From Podarcis vaucheri (Eukaryota), in the NCBI GenBank assembly GCA_965113315.1, contig OZ220369.1: DNA of 64,000 nucleotides; one strand, written 5' to 3'. Shown one piece after another: positions 38,437-47,400 of this stretch. The notes below the pieces were generated by a model. The model was not told the origin of the DNA. It ran no database searches and was given only the letters and a program-made list of their open reading frames with translations. The position numbers and the translations under genes are program-made. Position 1 is the stretch's first letter. Every line of letters begins with the position of its first letter.

Positions 38437-41400
38437 CATGTGTTTGTGTTGCTATTACTATCAGCAACTGTAAAATCTGCCAAGTTAATGCATGTTGAAC
38501 CCAAGTTCCTCATCATCTTCCATCAATAATGGTTTTCACTTTTAATCGTTAAATCTTTATTGAAGTGGTTCTAGAAAGTTACTGATAAATGGGTTGTGTT
38601 TCTGTAGTAGTTATGGAATATCTTGTAGCTTTTATGGGATCTTGGTTAGTGGTCTAAGTTTATCTTTCTCCAGAGGGCATTAAAGGTAAAGGGTAAAGGG
38701 ACCCCTTCCCATTAGGTCCAGTCGTGACCGACTCTGGGGTTGCGGCGCTCATCTCACTTTATTGGCCGAGGGAACCGGCGTACAGCTTCCGGGTCATGTG
38801 GCCAGCATGACTAAGCCGCTTCTGGCGAACCAGAGCAGCGCACGGAGACGCTGTTTACCTTCCCACCAGAGCGGTTCCTATTTATCTACTTGCACTTTGA
38901 CGTGGTTTTGAACTGCTAGGTTGGCAGGAGCTGGGACCGAGCAACAGGAGCTCACCCTGTCACAGGGATTCGAACCGCTGACCTTCTGATCGGCAAGTCC
39001 TAGGCTCTGTGGTTTAACCCACAGCGCCACCTGCGTTCAGAGGGCATTAGGTTCTCCTAATAGGAAAAATCTGTCTGACATATACTCTTGCTTAACCCAT
39101 GTGAACTTTTCTAGCCTCATAGGGAATTGTTCATGTAACTTGACTACAGATTATATGAAGCATTGCTCCATTAGGGCAAAAACATACTTTCTTTTTTTAA
39201 AAGGAGTTTATCAGGGAAAGGGTGGAAGTAAGCAGTAGTTACTAGAGGAAGGTCAAATTAATTTTGACGATTCCAGGCCTATTCTTGCTTGTGGATTTGC
39301 CCAAAAGCTAGTGACAATCTTCTCAGTCAGTGCAGTTGAGTTATATGTATGATTCGTGACCGCCTTGGACAACTCATCTTTCATAGCTTTTAGGTATGTT
39401 GCATACTGTCAGGGGATGGTTAGCTGCTTGTGCTTAAAATTGTGCCCCTTCAGAGTTTGTGCGACCCCACAAACCTCTGTGTGTGACAGAGCTCCTCAGA
39501 CATGTCTGCTCTAGTCACTAGTAGAGTCTGACAGTGGCTGTCTGCGGAAGCGCTTCCAGCAAAGAAGTTCCTTAACGGAAACGCGTCTCCTGGACTCACG
39601 ACGTGGCAGCTTCCGGCGGAGTATGGGTCTCCCTGCAGTTGCTTCTGACACCTCCCCGCTATTTTCGCTCGAAGTGTCTCTCACCCCTTTCTCTCCCCTG
39701 CTACTTCCTGCCTGGGCTGCTGCGTCTCTCTCAGCATTACTGAGATCCTCCTCCAGAGACCCCGCGCTCCCCCTGCTGGTCCCTGCTTTGGCTGTTGACT
39801 CTCTCCCAGTCTCTGGGAGCCTTACCACTTCCCTTTCCTCCGATGTCAGTTCCCTGACATCCACCTCCCCTCCAGGGCCCCCCTCTCCCCCGCCCCTACT
39901 TTCTCCTCTGGGCGGTGAGGAGCTGAAACCCCTAAAAGAATCCTCTTCATCTTCAGACGTCTCGAACAATTCCCTCCATCGGTCTTCGTTCCGACTCGCT
40001 GAATCCTCCTCCACCTCGGAATCAGCGAACCCCTCCAACTCTTCTTCGTCGTCGGTGGTGGCGAAGTATTCCCTCCGGAACCTCGCCACTGGCTGGGGTT
40101 TTCTAGGGAATCTCTGATGAAAAGTTTCAATCAAAACCTCGTCATCTACATCCTCTGCCCTGACCCAGGTGTTTTCCGACTCCGGCTCCCCTTCCCACAT
40201 TACCAAATACTCTACTTGCTCTCCCCTCCACCTAGAATCGAGAATCTCCGCTACATGGTAGCTGTGTTCTTTTTCCTCCATAGCTGGTCCCCTATTGACC
40301 CTCCCCTCTCTGTCCCCTATATACGGTGACAGCAATGATCTGTGGAACACTGGGTGCAACTTCATGTGGTTCGGTAACCGGAGTCTGAAAGCCACTGGGT
40401 TGACCTGTTGCGTGACTTCAAATGGGCCCAGTCTTTTGGGTCTTAACTTCTTACAACCTCCTTTAAATGGTAACCCTTGGGTGGACAGCCACACCTGGTC
40501 CCCCACCCTAATGCTTTCCCCTTCCCTTCTGGTTTTGTCTGCCTGCCTCTTATATTCCTCCTTCGCCCTGTTTAAATTAAGTTGGAGCTGGCGATGGATC
40601 GCTTCCATTTCTTCAACGAACTGTTCTGCGGCAGGAACGCTCCAGTTCTCCCCCTCCCCCCCTGGGAAGGCTCGGGGATGACACCCGTGATTGGCCAAAA
40701 AAGGGCTCATCCCCGTGGACACGTTCTCTGCATTGTTATAGGCAAATTCTGCCAACGCCAGCTTCTCCACCCAATCATTCTCTCTGTCATTCACATAACA
40801 CCTCAAATATTGCTGGAGGACACCATTAGCTCTTTCCGCCTGCCCATTGGTTTCTGGATGACGGGCAGTGGAAAAATTCACCTCTACATGCAATAAGCTC
40901 ATGAGCTTCCTCCAGAACCTGGAAGTAAATTGTTTCCCTCGGTCCGAAACCACCCTCAAGGGGGCACCATGCAACCTAAACACATTTTCCACAAACAATC
41001 TAGCGGTTTCTTCTGCTGTGACCGCATGTGAGCAGGCTATAAAGTGGGCCATCTTGGTTAACAGGTCTACCACAACCATAATGGCTGTCTTCCCTTTGGA
41101 CCTGGGCAGATCAGTCATGAAATCTATTGCCACTGCCTCCCATGGTCTTTCCGGCGTGGGTAGTGGTTCTAATAAACCGGCCGGTGCCCGCCTCTCCCCC
41201 TTGGCTCGTTGACATCGGTCACACCCTCTCACATATTCACGCACATCTTCCCTGACCTTGGGCCACCAGAATTCCCTGGTAACCAGCCACATGGTTTTGT
41301 GTTGCCCAAAATGCCCTGCTGTGGGGCTATCGTGCAGTTGCTTGAGTACCTTTTCCCTCAATTCCCCTTCAGGTATGTATAACGCTCCCTTGTAATACAA

Positions 41401-44400
41401 CGCCCCGTTTCTCTCCTCAAAACCCCCGGGTTTGTCTCCCTCCCTCCTGAGACCCCTGAGTTTGTCCTGGGCGTATTCATCCTGCACCGTTCCCTCTACC
41501 AGTTCCCTTTGCCCCACCAAAGCCGCCCCACACACCCAGCGGTCCTCGGGAATAACATGGGTCTCTTCGGGTGCACCCTCTCCCTCCAAATATTCAGGTT
41601 TGCGTGAGAGAGCGTCCGCCCTAACGTTCTCCGGGCCTGGTACGTAACAAATCTCAAAGTTAAATTTGGAGAACTCCTGGGCCCATCTCAACTGCCTTTG
41701 GTTGAGCACTCGCGCAGTTCTCCAATACTCTAGATTCTTATGGTCCGTGCACACTTGCACCTTCTGTTGTGCACCAATTAGTAGGTGCCTCCATCTCCGG
41801 AAGGCCTCATAAATAGCCAGAAGTTCCCGGTCGTGCACCGTGTAGTTTCTCTCAGATTTGTTCAGCTTTCGCGAAAAGAAGGCACACGGTCGCCACTCTG
41901 ACCCCTCCTTCCCCGGCTGCAGAAGAAGCACCGCCCCTATGGCTCTGTCAGAAGCGTCTGTTTCGACCCTCAGCTTTTTTTGTAAATCCACATGTAGAAG
42001 TTGTTCGTCAGAGGCGAAGGCCCTTTTCAGTTCCTCAAACGCTCGCTCCGCCTCCCCCGTCCAAACAAACTTCTTTTTGCTGCTGAGACAGTCCGTGATG
42101 GGCGCCGTCAGGTGGGCGAAGTTTCGGATGAACTTACGATAAAAGTTTCCAAACCCTAGGAACCTCTGCACATCCTTCTTGGTCTTGGGTGTTTTCCATT
42201 CCAGCACCGCTTGAACCTTGCCGGGGTCCATGGCCAACCCCTTGTCTGACAAGCGGTACCCCAGGAATTCCACCTCCTTGGTATGAAACTGACACTTTTC
42301 CAGTTTCACCCACAGTCCGTTGGCTTGCAGCCTGCTCAACACTTCTCTGACGTCTCTCACATGTTGCTCCTCATTCTCCGAATACACCAACACGTCATCT
42401 AAGAAGGCCACGCAATTTTTGTAGAGCAAAGGCCCCAGTACATGGTTCATAAAGGCTTGAAAACACGCGGAGCCTGTTTGTAATCCAAAAGGCATAACGA
42501 GGTATTCAAATGCCCCCAAAGGGGTGAACATGGTGGTCTTCCATTCATCCCCTTTCCTTATACGTATCAGGTTGTACGCCCCCCTTAGGTCCAGCTTTGT
42601 AAAAATCTTTCCTTTTCGCACCCTGGTCAAAATATCATCAATCCTGGGCATAGGAAAAGCCGCCGGCTCTGTCACTGCATTTAGGGCCCGAAAGTCACAT
42701 ACCAGCCTCGGCTTGTCCGTGTTTTTTTTATCCACAAAAAACACTGGGCTACCCCCCGCTGCCTTGGACTCTCTGATGAAGCCTCTCTTCAGGTTCTTGT
42801 CAATGAACGCTCGCAACTCCTGCATCTCCCTGTCTGACATGGCATACAACTTGCCTACAGGAAGCTGTGCTCCAGGGAGTAAATTGATCTGGCAATCAAA
42901 GGGCCTATGCGGGGGTAGTTGGTCCGCTTCCTTCTCGCTGAACACGTCGCTGAGATCAGCATACTGTGGTGGCACCTTCCCCTTCTCCATCACTTCCGTC
43001 CCTGCTAGGGTGGCTTGGACCCCTGCTGACCCCTTTTCCGCCCTGCAGTGTTCTAAGCAGTGTGCGGAACCGAAGGAAACCACTCTTTGATGCCAGCCCA
43101 CCAGCGGATCATGTAGGGCTAGCCAGCTCATTCCCAAAATAATGGGAGCGCCTCCCAAGGTGGCCACATTAAACGCTATCAGTTCTGTGTGCCTTGCCAC
43201 CCTCATTATCATTGGGACGGTCTGCAAGCTGACGCCTCCTCCCAACAGTTCCCTGCCATCAATCGTGGTCACCTGCAGGGGGTTGCTTAAAGGGATAGTC
43301 TGTATCTGGTGCTCAGCAGCAAACTCCTTGCTCATGAAATTGCAGGAGCTGCCTGAGTCCAACAGCGCCTTTATTTTTAGGGGGTGTCCATTTTGCAGCT
43401 CTAGCGACACTTCAATCACTAGAGCAGGTCGAGGAGCTTCTGGCACTGGCACTTGGGGAAGGGGCACTTTCACTGCTCTTTGGCCTGGCTGCAGTGCCCT
43501 GCTGGCAACCAGGCGTTGGCTTTTACCTGCTCCGTTTCTCCCTGCTCTTCCCCCTCAACAGCTCCCACCATCCCTTGCCATTCCTTCCTCTGGGGGCAGA
43601 CTCTGGCAAAGTGGCCTGGCTGTTGGCAGAGATAGCATTTCCGGGCTCCCTTTCCCTCCTTCTTCGCCCCCTCACTGGGCTTTGAAACTGCGCGCGCGCG
43701 GGCTGTTCCGATTTCCATCGGCTCTGCCGGCGGGAAAGCTGGCTCAGGAATGTCTGGAATGCGGAACTCCTTCCAACGTTCCCCTCTCCCTTCCCGCCTC
43801 TCCAAGGCTCTTGCCTCCTGGCGCGCTCCAATGGTCAGCGCAGATTTGGTCAGCTGATCCATAGACCCCGCCCTGGGGCTCCTGGCCAGCTCGTCTTTCA
43901 CAGCTGAAGAAAGACCTTCTTCAAATAGCATCTGAATGGGTGCCGCCGATAAATCCCACCCCAATCTGTGAATCAGCATGGTAAATTCAGTCCAGTACTC
44001 ACGGACAGATCTGCTTCCCTGCTTGCAAGCCATTAGCTGTCTGCGTACCGCCCCTTCCTCAATATCGCTGGAAAACATGATATCCATTGCACGAAAGAAT
44101 TTCATAGTGTCCTTTAGGATATCGTTGTGCGTTGCCATCAGGGGTCGAACCCAGTCCCGCGCCCCCTTCTCAAGATGCCCAATTACGAACGCAACTCGCG
44201 ATTCCTCATCAGGGAACTCATCAAACTGCACATTCAGAGCATATTGCATCTCGGTCCTAAAGGCATGGTAATCCTTGGGGTCCCCCCCAAACTTCTGCAC
44301 CAATCCTGGTACCTTTCTGGGGAACTGAGTGGTTCTCCCCTTTTTGTCAGCATCCTGAGCCCTTCTCTCCTCGAGCCTCGCCGTCTGCAGCGCAAGTTGG

Positions 44401-47400
44401 ACCTCCAGAGCTTGATACCTTTCTTCCAAGCTTGGACCAGCTCCAACCCCTGCGTCTCCGGTTCCGACTGGGTTGCTCATGATGCTTTCTCCTGCACAGG
44501 CAGCGTACAGAGACTGTCAGACTGCTGTCAGGGGATGGTTAGCTGCTTGTGCTTAAAATTGTGCCCCTTCAGAGTTTGTGCGACCCCACAAACCTCTGTG
44601 TGTGACAGAGCTCCTCAGACATGTCTGCTCTAGTCACTAGTAGAGTCTGACAGTGGCTGTCTGCGGAAGCGCTTCCAGCAAAGAAGTTCCTTAACGGAAA
44701 CGCGTCTCCTGGACTCACGACGTGGCAGCTTCCGGCGGAGTATGGGTCTCCCTGCAGTTGCTTCTGACACCTCCCCGCTATTTTCGCTCGAAGTGTCTCT
44801 CACCCCTTTCTCTCCCCTGCTACTTCCTGCCTGGGCTGCTGCGTCTCTCTCAGCATTACTGAGATCCTCCTCCAGAGACCCCGCGCTCCCCCTGCTGGTC
44901 CCTGCTTTGGCTGTTGACTCTCTCCCAGTCTCTGGGAGCCTTACCACTTCCCTTTCCTCCGATGTCAGTTCCCTGACACATACCTATGTGGACCAGAATG
45001 AGGATTTGATGGTTTCTTTCTTAGTTTTAACTTACACTTGGTGAGGCTTGGACTATTGATGTTTGAAGGCTTTGCTCTATGTATTAACACTGCTTGGAGT
45101 TTGGGGAATGCTGCCAGTCTTAAACAGGACCCTTCAATTGAAGGTGAGAGTAAGATTTTGCAAGCATTCAACGGCCTTGTAAAATAGAATTGCTTTCTCT
45201 GCCATTGATATTATAATCCATTTTGGTGTTCTAAGGAGAGACAGAATGTGGCACCTGTGGTTTGGTTTAGAAATGTCAAACATGCTTTAAAAATAAAATC
45301 CCATCAAAAGTAAAGAAATAAAATAAAATAAAAAGGGAGGGTGAGACTGCTTCCAGGCAGCACCTCTACAACTTTAAAGAAATGCAAGATTGTATTATTA
45401 GGGCAAAAGCTCTCTTGTTTCAGTTCAGTTCTGTGGTTTCTTTCAAGTTGGAGTCTTCTCTCCTATTTAATACTAAGCTCTGTCTGTTCTTTGTTATAGA
45501 AATGAAACATAAAGGGCTCTTCTTTTCATTTCTTAACAGAAAGGATCCAAATGCTTTCTTTTCATTTCCTGTGACTGACTTTATTGCTCCTGGCTACTCC
45601 ATGATCATTAAACGCCCAATGGATTTTAGTACCATGAAAGAGAAGATCAAGAACAATGGTTACCAGTCCATAGAAGAACTAAAGGTGCTTTTAATTTATA
45701 TTTTAACTGCAGAGGGGGGATTAGACGTTGACACTTGCTGGTACTAGCAATTGCATTGTGCAGGTTTTTTTCAATATTTTATTCATTTTGGTGCTGCACT
45801 TTCATAGTTTATGAACACATAGAATAAAAAATTGGCGCATCTGGCTTTCAGAGTTGTTCATTTGCTTTCTTTAGAGAAAGTCTTTGTGAATGTTTTCAAG
45901 AGACATTTTTCATGTTCCAGGGTGTTGGAAATTTTGTGTGTGTGTGTGTGTGTCAAGGAGAAAAGACTGAACAGCAGAAGTACTTGATCTTTTAAAACAA
46001 GGATGTGAAATGAACCTGGTCATTAGTGCATCAGAGTAGTAAATACTTATAGTCATAATTAAGTGACTCTTCACCATTGTACTAATAAGGTTGAGGTTTT
46101 TCTGTGTTTAAGAGAACTACTTAAATCACAGAAGCATGTAAATATGTTTGTGTTGTTGTTGTTTTGTTGTTGTTTTCTTGAGAAATGTAGGAAAGAAGCT
46201 TTAGCACACAGGACAGTAATAAGAATCCCTTACGTTCTTCCAGAATGTAATACAATTGCATTACTGAAACAAATATTGTGTATATTGACTCTCATCCCCC
46301 CCCCCAAAAAAAAAGTTTAGGAAATTTTAAAAAATGCAACTTGCCTCTTTCCTGCCTTATATAGCACTATATTTTAAAATGCCTGCCCCAACCTTTTATC
46401 CTTTTATTTGCATATTTTAAAGAAAAACACGTGTGATTCCCTTATTGCTGTTGTCATCCTGACAAAAAGAGCCCTCTGATCTCTTGGGAGTACTGTCTGC
46501 ATTGAGCATTGCCTTTATCAGCACATTAATATGAAAAGTGTAAAGTCAGATGTCTGTCATAAGCATCTTTGGTCTCAGATCAAATCTGTCATCTTTAACA
46601 CACATCAACTGCTGGCCTAGTGTTTTGCAAACTAATATCTAAGTAAAAGGATACCAAATCCCAACCAGAGACTCAGCCTGTCACGCTTAAGAGCTTCGAG
46701 GCGGCAGAGAATGCAGGCCTGGTGCCTCTTCTGCCAGCTAGTGCAATGATTTCTTAGCCTGCCCTTTTCTTCTATCTGCAGTAGTTCTGTAGTTAGAGGT
46801 GGGTCAGGAGAGAGACTATTAGAACAGTGGAGTAAGCTAGAACCATGGAGTAGCAATGCTTCCTATCTGCATGTGCGCACACAGCAGTGCTGTCTATGCA
46901 TGTGTGTGTGCACAAGCGTGGTTGCTAGGTTGGAACTTGGAAATTTTACTAATAAACTATATAGACTAACTTGCACCTGTATTATAATGCATTATTCCTT
47001 TATCCTCCATATTATGAGGATACTTTTTTAGCCAGGCAGAACAAACAGCACCTGCCATCTTGTCCACAGTACAAATTTCCATACATAAAGGGGCAGATAT
47101 ATTTTCTAGGAAACATTCCTGTAAGTTCCTACTAATGTGTCTTACTTCTTCTGTTGATACAGGAGAACTTCAAACTGATGTGTACTAACGCCATGGTCTA
47201 TAACAAACCAGAGACCATTTATTACAAAGCTGCTAAAAAACTCTTGCATTCAGGAATGAAAATACTCAGCCAGGTAACTGAATTAAGGAAATAATTCAAG
47301 AGGTATTGGAGTTTTGTTGGCTTGTGTATGGTTTCATCATATTTCCATTTGTGTTTAATAGAGAAGAGGCCATTCTTTTCTAGCTAAAGGCTAAGTCATT

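Larger units (their letters stand above)
39407..44978 (-). mobile_element. Full-length Ty3/Gypsy chromovirus (Tf1/sushi-like) LTR retrotransposon, 5572 bp, antisense in BRD7 intron 4
   Basis: Two 453-bp LTRs with TG...CA ends and 8-bp terminal inverted repeats TGTCAGGG/CCCTGACA; TSD CATAC at 39402-39406 and 44979-44983; intact gag and pol in PR-RT-RH-IN-chromodomain order; polypurine tract next to the 3' LTR. Confidence 0.98.

Noticed and set aside
39367-39388. Flank sequence ggacaactcatctttcatagct resembling gag sequence at about 43884-43905
   Set aside because: An 18/22 match that does not extend; most likely chance.
39511-44480. Domesticated sushi-type gene (PEG10/RTL1-like)
   Set aside because: Full LTRs, TSD and intact RT/integrase indicate a recent transposon, not a domesticated gene.
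39623-44633. Plus-strand ORFs (e.g. 43142-43864, 42524-43090, 39623-40117) as antisense or env-like genes
   Set aside because: They are shadow ORFs opposite gag/pol with no signal peptide, transmembrane or domain features. The element has no env.
44630-44947. 105-aa ORF in the 5' LTR as a separate gene
   Set aside because: It is the duplicate of the LTR-encoded Pol tail, starts at a non-ATG codon and lies mostly upstream of the predicted transcription start.
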